Assembly: GCA_963713045.1 (NCBI GenBank)
Contig: CAVQKE010000003.1
Coordinates: 576,001-640,000, forward strand
Reading direction: 5' to 3'
From: an uncultured delta proteobacterium
GTDB taxonomy: Bacteria; Myxococcota; Myxococcia; Myxococcales; Myxococcaceae
Length of the DNA: 64,000 bases
The notes beneath the pieces are model-generated. The model was not told the DNA's origin, ran no database searches, and saw only the letters and a program-made list of their open reading frames with translations. Position numbers and translations under genes: made by a program. Below are positions 1 through 10,671 of the stretch, piece after piece. How positions within the stretch are numbered: position 1 is the stretch's first letter; every line of letters begins with the position of its first letter.

Positions 1-1
1 G

Positions 2-571
2 CTGCGGGCGCCCGACGACGGCTTGGTGCAGCGGCGACTGGTGGAAGCGCATGAGCAGGTGGCCGCCGCCCAGCCGGTCCTGACGCTGCGGGCGGCCGGC
101 CGCGGGTGGGTGACGCGGGTGGGCCTCATCGACCGAGACGCCGTCCAGGTGCGCCTGGGAGACCCGGCCGACGTTCGCTTCGATGCCTTCCCGGGCCGCA
201 GCTTCCCCGGCCGGGTGACGGAGATGGCCGGCGCCCCCAACCCCCTCACCGGAACGTACGAAGTCGAAGTGTCGGTGGAGGCCCAAGGGGCGAATCTCCT
301 GTCCGGCTTGGTGGCCAAGGTGGACATCTCCCCTTCGCTGGCGCCCCTCGTCCGCTCGGTGCCCATCGAGGCGGTGGTGGAGGGAAACGGGCTTCAGGCC
401 GCCGTCTTCGTCGCCCAAGCGGACGCGACCGCGCGCCGGGTGCCCATCCGCGTCGCCTTCATTGAGGGCAACCAGGTGGCGGTCGCCAGCGGCCTGGAAG
501 CGGTGACCGAAGTCGTCACCGAGGGTGCTGGCTTCCTCGCCCCCGGCACCCCGGTGCGGCGCGTTCCGTAG
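2..571 (+). CDS. RND efflux periplasmic adaptor (MFP), 5' end outside window
   Basis: Open frame with MFP C-terminal pattern (G-V-FDAFPG-FPGRV, VPIEAVV, V-SGL-VVTEG), directly upstream of an RND permease. Confidence 0.88.
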   Translation: MRAPDDGLVQRRLVEAHEQVAAAQPVLTLRAAGRGWVTRVGLIDRDAVQVRLGDPADVRFDAFPGRSFPGRVTEMAGAPNPLTGTYEVEVSVEAQGANLLSGLVAKVDISPSLAPLVRSVPIEAVVEGNGLQAAVFVAQADATARRVPIRVAFIEGNQVAVASGLEAVTEVVTEGAGFLAPGTPVRRVP

Positions 572-582
572 AAGGGGGGCAC

Positions 583-3500
583 ATGGACGTCGTGGAATTC
601 AGCGTCAAGCGCTACCAATTCACGGTGGTGGTCTTCCTCATGCTGGTGGCCCTCGGGGTGAGTTCTCTCTTCTCCATCGCCAAGGCCGAGGACCCGACGT
701 TCCCCTACCCCAACTTCAGCGTGGTGGCCGTCTACCCAGGCTCCAGCCCGGCGGACATCGAAAAGCTCATCGTCGACCCAGTCGAAACCAAGCTGAAGGC
801 GCTCGACGACGTGAAGACGCTGAAGACAGAAATCTCCGACGGCCTGGCGGTCATCGCGATTGAATTCACCGCCGGCACCGACGCCGACAAGAAGTACGAC
901 GATGTGCTGAGAGAACTCAACGCGCTGCGGGCGGACCTGCCGACAGACTTGCAGTCGCTGAAGGTGGAGAAATTCAACGCGGCCGACGTCAACATCCTCC
1001 AGGTGGCGCTGGTGTCCGAGACGGCCAGCTACCGGGAGCTGGCCGAACGGGCCGACCGGCTGCGGAAGCGGCTGGAAAACCAGCCCGGGGTGAAGGAAGC
1101 CAAACGCTGGGCTTTCCCCTCGCAGGAGGTGCGCGTCTCACTCGACTTGGAGCGGCTGGCAGCGCTGGGAGTCACGCCGCTGCAAGTCATCGCCGCCATC
1201 CAAGCCACCAACATCAACATTCCGGCGGGAAGCGTCGACATTGGCCGGCGGAAATTCAACGTCAAGACCAGCGGGGACTACAGCTCGCTGGAGCAAGTGG
1301 GGGACACGGTGGTGGCCGGGGACCGGGGGAGCCTGGTCCACCTGCGCGACGTGGCCGAGGTGGCGGTTCAGGACGAGGACGCCAATTACCTCGGCCGCTA
1401 CAACGGAGAGCGGGCCATCTTCGTCACCGCCAGCATGAAGGAGCGCCAGAATATTTTTCAGGTGCGCGACCGGCTGTGGAAGGAGCTCGACGGCTTTGAG
1501 AGCGAGTTGCCCAAAGGCATGCGGCTCGAACGTGGCTTTGACCAGTCGCGCAATGTCTCCCAGCGGCTGAGCGGCTTCAGTCGAGACTTCGCCATCGCCA
1601 TCGTCCTGGTGCTCCTCACCCTGCTTCCCTTGGGCCTGCGGGCCTCGGTGGTGGTGATGATTTCCATCCCCCTCAGCCTCGCCATCGGGGTGGCGCTGCT
1701 GCACCTCACCGGCTTCACCATCAACCAGCTGAGCGTCGTCGGCTTCGTCATCGCGCTCGGCCTGTTGGTGGATGACTCCATCGTGGTGGTGGAGAACATC
1801 AGCCGGTTTCTACGGATGGGCCACAGCCGACGCGAGGCCGCGGTGCTGGCCACCCGGCAGATTGGCGTCTCGGTCATTGGCTGCACGGCCACCCTGGTCT
1901 TCGCCTTCCTCCCGCTGTTGTTTCTGCCTGGCGCGCCGGGACTCTTCATCCGCAGCATGCCGGTGGCGGTGGTGTTCACCATCCTCGCCTCGCTGCTGGT
2001 CTCCCTCACCATCATCCCCTTCCTGGCCAGTCTGCTCCTCCAGGAAACGCACCAAACGCACGGAAACCTCTTCATGCGGGCGCTTTTGCGGCTGGTCGAC
2101 GGCAGCTACCGGCAGGTGCTGCACACCGCCCTGCGCCGGCCAGGCGCCACCTTGGGGGTGGCGGCGGCCCTCTTCGTCGGCAGCCTGGCACTCATCCCAG
2201 CAGTGGGCTTCAGCCTCTTTCCCAAAGCCGGCATCCCGGAGTTCCGGGTGACGGTGGAGACGCCTGACGGCAGTAGCCTCGCCGAGACGGACCGCGCCGT
2301 CCGCTTCGTCGAGGGTGTGCTGGCGCAAGTGCCGGAGGTGAAAAGTGTCATGGCCAACGTCGGCCACGGCAACCCGCGCGTCTACTACAACGTCCCTGCC
2401 AAGAATGAGAAGAACAACGTCGGGGAACTCTTCGTCCTGCTCAGCCACCTGGACGCAAAACACGCCAGCGCCCTCTTCGACCGGCTCCGCGCAACCTTCG
2501 ATGGCTACCCCAATGCCAAGATTGAGCTGAAGGAATTCGAGCAAGGGCCGCCGTTGGACGCGCCGGTTGCGGTCCGCATCATCGGCGAGCGGCTCGACAC
2601 CCTGGACCACATCGCGGCCGAAGTGGAAACCGCCATGCGCCAGACGGCGGGCACCGCCTATGTCCGAAACCCATCTCGAGACCGGAAGACCGACTTGCGC
2701 GTCGCCATCGACCGCGACAAGGCGGCCCTCTACGGCGTGCAGCTGGTGGACGTCGACCGAAGCGTCCGGATGGGGCTGGCCGGCATCCAGGTGGGGCGCT
2801 ACCGAGCCGACGGCCAGGTGGAGGACGCCTTCAACGTCAACGTGGCGCTCCCCCGGGCCACTTCCAAGCAGTCCCTGGACGCGCTCAGCCGCGTCTACGT
2901 CCCCAGCCAGGCCGGCGCGCAAGTCCCCCTTGGGCAGCTGAGCGCGCTCGAATTCGAGGCGTCCCCGGCCACCATCAACCACTTCAACAAGGAGCGAAGC
3001 GTCACCGTCACCTCCGACGTGGCCACCGGTTACAACACCGACCGCGTGACGCGCGCCGTCCTCAGCCGACTCGCTCAACTCCAGTTGCCGGCGGGCTACC
3101 GCCTGGTGGCGGCCGGCGAAATTGAAAGCCGGCAGGAGAGCTTCGGGGGCCTGGGTTCGGCCATCATCGTCGCCGCCTTCGGCGTCCTGGCGGTGTTGGT
3201 CCTTGAATTCCGCACCTTCAAGAGTACCCTCATCGTGGCCAGCGTCATCCCCTTGGGCATCATCGGCGGCGTGCTGGCGCTTTTCCTCTCCGGCAACACC
3301 CTGTCCTTCACCGCCACCATCGGCTTTGTGGCCCTGCTGGGCATCGAAGTGAAAAACAGCATTCTCTTGGTGGACTTCACCAACCAGCTTCGGGCCAAGG
3401 GCGTCCCGTTGGACCAGGCCATTGAAGAGGCGGGCGAGACGCGTTTCGTCCCCATCCTGCTCACCACCCTGACCGCACTGGGCGGCCTCATCCCGCTGGC

Positions 3501-3642
3501 TCTCGAAGGCAGCTCGCTCTACTCGCCTCTGGCGCTGGTCATCATCGGGGGCCTGGTGACGTCCACCGTGCTGACCCGCGTCGTCACGCCGGTGGTGTAC
3601 AAGCTGCTGGCGCCGGCGGTGGAACTGACCGCGACGAGTTGA
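583..3642 (+). CDS. RND efflux permease (AcrB/CzcA superfamily)
   Basis: 1019 aa; TM4 motif GLLVDDSIVVVENI, KNSILLVDF, RFVPILLTT. Confidence 0.96.
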   Translation: MDVVEFSVKRYQFTVVVFLMLVALGVSSLFSIAKAEDPTFPYPNFSVVAVYPGSSPADIEKLIVDPVETKLKALDDVKTLKTEISDGLAVIAIEFTAGTDADKKYDDVLRELNALRADLPTDLQSLKVEKFNAADVNILQVALVSETASYRELAERADRLRKRLENQPGVKEAKRWAFPSQEVRVSLDLERLAALGVTPLQVIAAIQATNINIPAGSVDIGRRKFNVKTSGDYSSLEQVGDTVVAGDRGSLVHLRDVAEVAVQDEDANYLGRYNGERAIFVTASMKERQNIFQVRDRLWKELDGFESELPKGMRLERGFDQSRNVSQRLSGFSRDFAIAIVLVLLTLLPLGLRASVVVMISIPLSLAIGVALLHLTGFTINQLSVVGFVIALGLLVDDSIVVVENISRFLRMGHSRREAAVLATRQIGVSVIGCTATLVFAFLPLLFLPGAPGLFIRSMPVAVVFTILASLLVSLTIIPFLASLLLQETHQTHGNLFMRALLRLVDGSYRQVLHTALRRPGATLGVAAALFVGSLALIPAVGFSLFPKAGIPEFRVTVETPDGSSLAETDRAVRFVEGVLAQVPEVKSVMANVGHGNPRVYYNVPAKNEKNNVGELFVLLSHLDAKHASALFDRLRATFDGYPNAKIELKEFEQGPPLDAPVAVRIIGERLDTLDHIAAEVETAMRQTAGTAYVRNPSRDRKTDLRVAIDRDKAALYGVQLVDVDRSVRMGLAGIQVGRYRADGQVEDAFNVNVALPRATSKQSLDALSRVYVPSQAGAQVPLGQLSALEFEASPATINHFNKERSVTVTSDVATGYNTDRVTRAVLSRLAQLQLPAGYRLVAAGEIESRQESFGGLGSAIIVAAFGVLAVLVLEFRTFKSTLIVASVIPLGIIGGVLALFLSGNTLSFTATIGFVALLGIEVKNSILLVDFTNQLRAKGVPLDQAIEEAGETRFVPILLTTLTALGGLIPLALEGSSLYSPLALVIIGGLVTSTVLTRVVTPVVYKLLAPAVELTATS

Positions 3643-3652
3643 GAGGTTGCCG

Positions 3653-4300
3653 ATGGCCGAACTGCGCCTCAGCGTGGACGCCTTTTGGACGAGCCCCTAC
3701 GCCTTCAGCGCCTTTGTCGCGCTGAAGGAGAAGGGGCTTCACTTTGACGTTGAAGAAGTGGCGCTGCACCGCAGGGAGCATCGCCGCCCCGAGGCCGTGG
3801 CCGCCTCACTCACCGGACGCGTCCCAGTGTTGTGGCACCAGGGCTGGACGCTCTCAGAGAGCAGCGCCATCGCGGAGTACCTGGAGGAGACCTTCCCCCA
3901 TCCGGGCCATCCACCTCTCTTTCCGCAGGACGTGCGCGAGCGAGCCCGGGCCCGACAGCTGATGTCTTGGGTGCGCAGCGACCTAGTGCCCATTCGCGAG
4001 GAGCGGCCCACCCCGACCCTCTTCTACGAGGAAATGGACGTCGCGCCGCTCTCCACCGCCGCCCAGGGCTCGGCAGCGCGGCTGCTGGCGGTCGCCGACG
4101 CACTCATCTCCCCGGAGCGAACGACGCTCTTTTCCGCCTTCTGCATCGCCGATGCCGACTTCGCGCTGATGCTGCTTCGCCTGTTGTGGAATGCCCACCC
4201 GGCGCCAAGAAAGGTCCAACGGTACGTCGAGGCCCAATGGGCCAGGCCCTCGGTGCGCGAGTGGGTGGAGCACAAGCGAGCGCCCTACGTCCCTTATTAG
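3653..4300 (+). CDS. yfcF: Glutathione S-transferase, YfcF-like
   Basis: DAFWTSPYAFSAFVALKEKG, GRVPVL, LSESSAIAEYLEE, IADADFAL. Confidence 0.85.
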   Translation: MAELRLSVDAFWTSPYAFSAFVALKEKGLHFDVEEVALHRREHRRPEAVAASLTGRVPVLWHQGWTLSESSAIAEYLEETFPHPGHPPLFPQDVRERARARQLMSWVRSDLVPIREERPTPTLFYEEMDVAPLSTAAQGSAARLLAVADALISPERTTLFSAFCIADADFALMLLRLLWNAHPAPRKVQRYVEAQWARPSVREWVEHKRAPYVPY

Positions 4301-4625
4301 GAACGCTCGCAGCGACAAAGGCCCCACCAGGTGGCGGGCTGACGAGGCGCCGTGCTCGTCGGCTTGGGGCAACCAGGCTGGGCCAGAGTCTCCCAACGGT
4401 CCCATCCAGTCGGAGTTTTGTGCGCTGATTTTGAGCGTTCCAGACCTTCTTGCGCTTCCAAATTTTCCAGCCGTTCCACCCGAAAAATGTGGAAGAGCGG
4501 GGTCGTCCCTTGTAATTCCGAGACGTTCCGTCGAGCGCATAGCGAATGGAGCCCAGCTGGCAAGCGCCGCGGCTCGGCCTTTGCAAGGTTCTTGAGACCT
4601 CTTCCGCTCTCTCCCGGAGCTGTGT

Positions 4626-6428
4626 ATGGGCCGCACGCTTCCGATTGCCCGCTTTCAGGCACGCACGGTCCCGGGCCTCTTATCCGACACCGCGCGCCGG
4701 GTACCGGACCGCCTTTTGTTTCGCTTCCTGGACCCAGCGCAGCGCGGCGCACCGCCACGCCAGGTGCGCTTCTCCGACTTTCGGGACATGGTGTGCCGCG
4801 CCGCGGCATTCCTCGAGTCGGCGGGGGTTGGCCCGGGCACACGGGTGCTGCTGCTGGCCGAAAACTCCCCGGAGTGGCAGGCGCTGGCAGTGGCCAGCCA
4901 GCTGCTCCGTGCCGAGCCAGCCGCGCTCTTCGCCAGCCTGGGCAGCGCACCGGTTGTCGACATTGCTCTGCGCGTGAAGCCACGCATCGCCTTCGTCTCC
5001 ACGCCAGAGCAATGGGCGAAGCTTGCTCCCGTCGCCGCGGACCTCGCCCGGAAGGGGCTGGTGGCGGTGGTTTCCGCCCAGCCCTTGGCTGCCGGTGCTC
5101 TTCCCGAGGGTGTCCGCGCGGTGACGCTTGCCTCCGTCCTCGGCGAAGGTGCTGCCAGTCTGACAAGGGCCGACTTCGAAGCCCGCGCCGCGGCGCTGCG
5201 CGAGGAAGACCCCTTCCTACTCCTCTTCACCAGCGGCACCACCGGACGGCAGAAGGGGGTGCGCCTTTGCCACGGTACCATCGTCCGCGCTCTCGACGCC
5301 GGCGGGGCGGCCACCCGGCGCACGGAGGCCGACGTCGGCTTGCACCTGTTGCCCTTCGGGCACATCGCCGGGCACGACCAATTTGTGCTGGCGGTGGCCC
5401 AGGGGCACACGCTGTTGCTCATCGCCAACCGCGATGACCTCCTCAGCGCCCTGGCGCTCCACCCGACCTACCTCTTCTCCGTCCCCTTGGTTTACGAGCG
5501 CATCCGCATGCGCGCCATGGAGCAGGTGGACGCGCTGCCCGGGCCGCTCCGCCGCTTCGTCTACCGTGCCCTCAAGGCGGCCAACCGCGTGCGTGTCGAC
5601 CACACGCCGCGCCTTGGGGATGGGCTTCTGACGCTGGTCGCCGACGCCCTGCTGGGACGCAAGGTGCGCGCCGCGCTCGGGGGTCGCGTGGAGGGAGTCT
5701 TCGCCGGGGGCGCTCCTTCCTCCGAGGCGTTGTTTCGCTTCTTCGAGGCGCTCGGCATCCCGATGGTCGAGCTCTACGGCATGAGCGAGACCGCAGGGAT
5801 GATTTCCTCCAACCTGTTCGAGGGCCCGCGTCGTCCAGGCGTCGCGGGGTTATTGACGCCTGACCACGAAGCGCGGCTCGCCGAGGACGGCGAGCTGCTC
5901 TTGCGCGGGCCCCTCCTGCTCACCAGCTACCTCGAAGCGGAGGATGGCGCCGGCGCCTACACCGAGGACGGCTTCTTCAAGACGGGCGACTTGGCGGAGC
6001 TGGACGCCGAGGGCTGGCTGCGGGTTGTGGGACGCAAGAAGCACCTCATGGTGCTCTCCACCGGGAAAAAAATTCCGCCCGAGCCGCTGGAGACGGCCAT
6101 TGCCTCGACGAAACCGTTTGAAGGGGCGGTGCTGCTGGGAGACGGATACGCCTACGTGACCGCCGCCGTCTTCGTCTCCCGCGAGCACCTGTCCCGGCTT
6201 GCTGCCGAGGGGCATGACCCAGCCCAGGCCCTGCTGCCAGTGGCCCTGGAGCCGCTGTCCGCGTTTTCGGACTACGAGAAGCCGAAGCGGTTGCTCGTCA
6301 TTCCCGGAACGCCCACCGACTACCCCGACCTCATTACCCCCACGCTCAAGCTCCGCCGCCCGGCAGTGCTCCGCTGGTTGAAGGCTGAAATTGCCGCGCT
6401 GTACGCGGCCCCCAAGACAGCGGCGTAG
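4626..6428 (+). CDS. Long-chain acyl-CoA synthetase (AMP-binding)
   Basis: FTSGTTGRQKG, YGMSE, FKTGD, GRKK adenylation motifs; GGAG RBS. Confidence 0.92.
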   Translation: MGRTLPIARFQARTVPGLLSDTARRVPDRLLFRFLDPAQRGAPPRQVRFSDFRDMVCRAAAFLESAGVGPGTRVLLLAENSPEWQALAVASQLLRAEPAALFASLGSAPVVDIALRVKPRIAFVSTPEQWAKLAPVAADLARKGLVAVVSAQPLAAGALPEGVRAVTLASVLGEGAASLTRADFEARAAALREEDPFLLLFTSGTTGRQKGVRLCHGTIVRALDAGGAATRRTEADVGLHLLPFGHIAGHDQFVLAVAQGHTLLLIANRDDLLSALALHPTYLFSVPLVYERIRMRAMEQVDALPGPLRRFVYRALKAANRVRVDHTPRLGDGLLTLVADALLGRKVRAALGGRVEGVFAGGAPSSEALFRFFEALGIPMVELYGMSETAGMISSNLFEGPRRPGVAGLLTPDHEARLAEDGELLLRGPLLLTSYLEAEDGAGAYTEDGFFKTGDLAELDAEGWLRVVGRKKHLMVLSTGKKIPPEPLETAIASTKPFEGAVLLGDGYAYVTAAVFVSREHLSRLAAEGHDPAQALLPVALEPLSAFSDYEKPKRLLVIPGTPTDYPDLITPTLKLRRPAVLRWLKAEIAALYAAPKTAA

Positions 6429-6571
6429 GAGCGCTCGGCAGGCGAAAGGCAAGGACGCCTTCTGATGCCAAGCTGGGGCGGCTGTTCATGTCGTCCGGAA
6501 GGTGCTGCGCCGCCGGGACCCGAAGCTGACGGCCAATGTCTACGTATCCCGCACCCCTTTGAAGTCGGGCC

Positions 6572-6603
6572 ACCCTTAAGACCCCTTAAGACCCCCTAAG
6601 ACC
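6572..6603. repeat. Three tandem ~10-bp units ACCCCTTAAG, with a fourth copy at 6738-6747
   Basis: acccttaag accccttaag accccctaag acc read directly. Confidence 0.85.
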
Positions 6604-7111
6604 AATGCCGATCACTCAGGGACGTTTGAGCCTAATGCCGGATCAGAACCATCGACGGCCCCTTTGTGCAGATCGGACGCTGGCTTGGCGTGGCGATCAG
6701 CCGCGCCAGCCCAATGGGCCTTAACTGAACGGCATTGCCCCTAAGACGCGGTTGAGCACGCTGCGGACAGGTGGTGAAGCGATGGAAGGCGAGATTCCGG
6801 AGGACCTTCAACGCTGGACGGCGAGACGCAGGGTGGCGCTCGTTCGAGGGTGAGGTACTCATGGCGCATCCGCTTGGCATCCTGCAGCGCCTGGCGAAAG
6901 CCGGCTTGCAGCTCCCTGGCGATCAGGGGGGGTGGCCACGTCAGGTCTCCTAGGATGTCTCAGGCGCTTTCACTGTCAGGCGCTTGGCGCCAGCGAGTTG
7001 GACCAGCTGCTCCAGCGTTTCGTATGGCTGGGCGCCGACGACTGCGCGACCGCCGGCGACGAAGGTGGGGGACACTGGTGACGCCCAGGGCACGCGCGTG
7101 CGCCCAATCTT

Positions 7112-7228
7112 GTGCGCAGTCGCGACGGCAAAATCACCACGTTCGACGTCCCCGACGCGGGAGGTACCTACCCCGCGAGCATCAACTTGGAAGGGGCAGT
7201 CACTTGGGACTTACCTAGGACTGATTGA
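7112..7228 (+). pseudogene. Fragment of an extracellular repeat protein (HAF-like repeat)
   Basis: Reads VRSRDGKITTFDVPDAGGTYPASINLEGAVT, resembling one such repeat unit; no intact gene around it. Confidence 0.35.
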
Positions 7229-7626
7229 CAACATCGAGCACGCCTTGGTGCATGCTTCGCAAGAAACTGAAGCAAGGCGTGCCGTCGGAGGGGAATTTCA
7301 CGAGCTCCGAGCGGGCGGCAATCGAGGCCTCGACAGCGCGTCGGCCTCACACCGTCTTGAGCGCGCCATAACCTGTCCAGCGAAGCCATGACTTCCTCGT
7401 TGAAGGTCAAGCATCTCGGCTCTCCGGAGACCAGATGACCATCGAGAGGAGTTTCTTGGACCGTTGCCTTCGACGCGTGCTTCTCCCCAAGGGATTATTC
7501 TCCTTTCAACGACTCGGGGCCTTCGCCGCGGACACGCCCCTGGCCGCTTGACGAGGTTGAGAAATTCCAGAGCGCGACCACATCTCGTTCATCTCAAAGC
7601 TCGCGATTGCCCTCGCCGCCAGCCTG

Positions 7627-8220
7627 GTGAACGCGGTTGTTTACCTGGTGCCGAACCATTGGCTCATCGAGTCGCCGCGCCTGCTTCGCTGGACGTTCTT
7701 CGATGCGGCGGTGCCATTCGTCCCAGCCACCGTGTGGATTTACTTCTCCGACTACCTCCTGGTCGCGAGTGCGTTTCTACTGTGTGCCAGCTGGACTCAG
7801 GTGAAGCGCTTCGTCCGGGCCTACTTCGTGCTCCTCGTCACGGGCTCCGCCGTCCACCTCCTATGGCCAACTACGTTCCCGCGCGACGCCTTCCCCATTG
7901 GGGGTGCGGGCATCACTGTCTCCGCCCTCAGGTTTCTGCGCCACGTCGACCTTCCGACCAGCTGCCTGCCGAGCATGCACGTGGCGAGTTCCTACCTGGC
8001 GGCGTTCTCGCTGTGGCGGCACCCGCCGCGACTGTTCGCCGTATGGCTGTCCTGGGCGACAGCCGTCGCCGTCTCGACGCTGACGGCCAAGCAGCACTAC
8101 GTCATCGACGTGCTCACCGGGTTAGGGATGGCGGGAGCCTTCTGGGCGCTGTTTTTTTGGCTGCCCGACGTTCGCAGTCGTCATGCAAGCGGGTGGACGG
8201 TAGCCTCGAGCAGCCGGTGA
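7627..8220 (+). CDS. PAP2-family membrane phosphatase/phosphotransferase (AUR1/IPC-synthase-like); start uncertain, frame open from 7561
   Basis: Multi-TM protein with CLPSMH and QHYVIDVLTG motifs. Confidence 0.8.
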   Translation: MNAVVYLVPNHWLIESPRLLRWTFFDAAVPFVPATVWIYFSDYLLVASAFLLCASWTQVKRFVRAYFVLLVTGSAVHLLWPTTFPRDAFPIGGAGITVSALRFLRHVDLPTSCLPSMHVASSYLAAFSLWRHPPRLFAVWLSWATAVAVSTLTAKQHYVIDVLTGLGMAGAFWALFFWLPDVRSRHASGWTVASSSR

Positions 8221-9029
8221 GTGTCGATGTCCAACTGCCAGAAGCCGGCGGCTGCGCCTTCGGTGGAGCTTCCGCCACCGAAGGTGTGAGGAGCGCCAGC
8301 ACGCGCCCGGTGCCAGTAGCGATGGTGGGAGTGACCGTGCGCTACGACGACCTCACGCCCATGCAAAACGCGCGAGAACTGGGTTGCGTCCAGAAGCCCT
8401 GACTCTCGCCAGTCGAATTTGCCTGAAGGACCGGCCAGTCCGTGGTGCGTCAGTACCACCACGGTGCGTCCTGCAAGACGCGGGTCGTCGAGGACACGCG
8501 TGAGCCTGCCGAGCTGCTGCTGACCTAGCCTCCCGACGAAGTAGTGCCCCCAGCCGTTAACGCGAGTGCTATCGAGTCCGACGAGCGCCAAGCGCTTGCC
8601 CACGAGCTTCACGAAGGGGTAGCCCCGTGCGTCGGCGTGCTCAGGTAGCTCAGTCTTCAATTCGCTAGCGAACGTGCGCTCGAAGACGCGCGAACCTGGC
8701 GCATCCGTGTACCGGTCGTGGTTCCCCGGGATGACGGTGAGACGGCCCTCCACGAGGAGGGGTGCGAAAAGCGAACGGACGTGGGCGAACTCGACCTCGT
8801 CTCCGAGGGCCGTGAGGTCTCCCGTCAGCAGCACATGGTGCGGCTCGCGTCCGAGGGCCTTGTCGATGAGATGACGGATGCGGTCATGGACGCCGTGGAA
8901 GCGCCTCAGCCGTCCGAGCGCATGCAATTCGAAGCGCCCGGGCGCCCCACGCCAGCCGGAACTCGAGAGCGAGCGCTGCCTCCAGTCGATTTGCAGATGA
9001 ATGTCGCTGAGGTGCACGAGGCGAGTCAT
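8181..9029 (-). CDS. Metallophosphoesterase (calcineurin-like)
   Basis: HLSDIH, TGDLT, PGNHD, HH and HGHSH motifs. Confidence 0.9.
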   Translation of the reverse strand: MTRLVHLSDIHLQIDWRQRSLSSSGWRGAPGRFELHALGRLRRFHGVHDRIRHLIDKALGREPHHVLLTGDLTALGDEVEFAHVRSLFAPLLVEGRLTVIPGNHDRYTDAPGSRVFERTFASELKTELPEHADARGYPFVKLVGKRLALVGLDSTRVNGWGHYFVGRLGQQQLGRLTRVLDDPRLAGRTVVVLTHHGLAGPSGKFDWRESGLLDATQFSRVLHGREVVVAHGHSHHRYWHRARAGAPHTFGGGSSTEGAAAGFWQLDIDTHRLLEATVHPLA

Positions 9030-9174
9030 GGGGTTTCCTGACCATGCCCGTTGGCAGCTTCCGTCTGCAAGCAGCCGAGACGATGGACGCCATAGACGCC
9101 CCTGGACGCGAAGCATCGGGACCACCGCGGGACCCGGAGCGGACGAACGGGGGCTGCTGGTCTTGGCGGCTGAG

Positions 9175-9303
9175 CCGCTCCTGTCCATCCGGGAAGTCGC
9201 CGCCAGGCTGAACCTGTGCACGGCGACCGTCTGTGACCTCTGCGACCGCGGAGAGCTTGGCTAGGTGCGTGGGAGCGGTTCCATTCATATGCGTAGACAG
9301 GAC
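9175..9303 (+). pseudogene. Excisionase-type HTH (HTH_17) remnant with in-frame TAG at 9262-9264
   Basis: LLSIREVAARLNLCTATVCDLCDRGELG*VRGSGSIHMR. Confidence 0.7.
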
Positions 9304-9384
9304 TGCAGGCCGAATCCGAGGCACGAGGTGCGCGAGGCACAAGCTGGAAGCCCCAAAACTGCGGACGGTGTACGGTCCGGGGAC

Positions 9385-10281
9385 ATGGGGAACCTGCCGC
9401 TGGTCAAGAAGAGGGGCCTCTCGTCTTTTCGAAAAATCGCGCTCGGAACGTGGCGAACGGCCTACGACCCTTCGGTCTACGGAACGATCATCCTGCGGAT
9501 GGACAAGGCGCACGATTACATCGCGCGGTTTCGTGCGCGGACCGGTCGGAGGCTCACCGTCAGCCACCTAATGGCCAAGGCATCCGCGATGGCGCTCGAG
9601 CAGTGCCCCGAGGCGAACGCCATCCTCCGCTGGAACCGCATCTACCTGCGGCAGCGCATCGGCGTGTTCTTCCAGGTACTGATGACCGACGAAGGCGAGG
9701 ACAAAGTCGATCTCTCCGGCGCAACGCTCTACGACCTCGAGCGCAAGACGCTGTTGGAGATCGTCGACGAGTTCGAGACGAAGGTGAACCTGGTGCGGCT
9801 CCGAAAGGACCCCGCGCTCGAGAAGACACGCGCAACGTTCCAGAATATTCCTTATCTGCTCCTCCGGCCGTTCCTCAAAGTGCTTTCCTTCTTCAGCTTC
9901 ACGCTCAACCTGGATCTCCATGCGCTCGGAATCGCTTCGGATCCGTTCGGCAGCTTGATGATTACCAACGTCGGCAGCCTGGGACTCGATACTGCCTACG
10001 CACCTCTCGTGCCATTCTCACGAGTGCCCATCCTCTTCGCGATCGGCGAGGTGATGGAGCACCCGCTGGTGGAGAATGGACGCGTGATTGTGGGGAGGAC
10101 CATGAGCGTGAACGCCACGCTCGATCACCGGGTCATCGACGGCTTCCACGCCTCCGCCATCGCCAAGGTCCTACGAGAGTGGATGGAGAATCCTGACGAA
10201 CATTTCAATCTGCTGGGAAATGGAATGGACGCCCATGGCATTGCTCTTCCCGAGGCTGGGCATGCCCTCGCACCCAGGTAG
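9385..10281 (+). CDS. 2-oxoacid dehydrogenase E2-like acyltransferase, catalytic domain only
   Basis: ITNVGSLG and TLDHRVIDG motifs; no lipoyl domain. Confidence 0.85.
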   Translation: MGNLPLVKKRGLSSFRKIALGTWRTAYDPSVYGTIILRMDKAHDYIARFRARTGRRLTVSHLMAKASAMALEQCPEANAILRWNRIYLRQRIGVFFQVLMTDEGEDKVDLSGATLYDLERKTLLEIVDEFETKVNLVRLRKDPALEKTRATFQNIPYLLLRPFLKVLSFFSFTLNLDLHALGIASDPFGSLMITNVGSLGLDTAYAPLVPFSRVPILFAIGEVMEHPLVENGRVIVGRTMSVNATLDHRVIDGFHASAIAKVLREWMENPDEHFNLLGNGMDAHGIALPEAGHALAPR

Positions 10282-10671
10282 AACCTGCTCGACAGTCAAC
10301 GCGGCGTCGAACCGCGAAGGATTTCAACGCCCCGCCGCCTAGATGCTTCACCCGGGTGCGGCAATTCCGACCCAGAAGGATTTCTCCGAGATGGCTTTCG
10401 TTAGCAATCAGACCCAGACGCGTCAGCAACTGTCGACTCGTCCGCTCCCTCGACGCGCTTCCTGAATCGACGTTCCTTAAGTTTCTTAATCAAGAGAGGT
10501 TGATCATTTCCCTAGTCTACAGCTTGTCCGGTAATTCTGGGGGGTGTCCCCGCTGAGCAGGAGCGCTGCGGGGTGAAATCCCGCAGCAAGATCGATCAGT
10601 TGGCCAGGGGGATCGACAACTTTCGTCGGCTGTGTCACCAGCGTCCGTGGTGACCCAACAGGAGAGGTCGC

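Noticed and set aside
4557..4585. Sigma54 promoter (TGGCA...TTGCA)
   Set aside because: Spacing does not fit GG-N10-GC
6572..6603. CRISPR array
   Set aside because: 10-bp units with no spacers; no cas genes in the window
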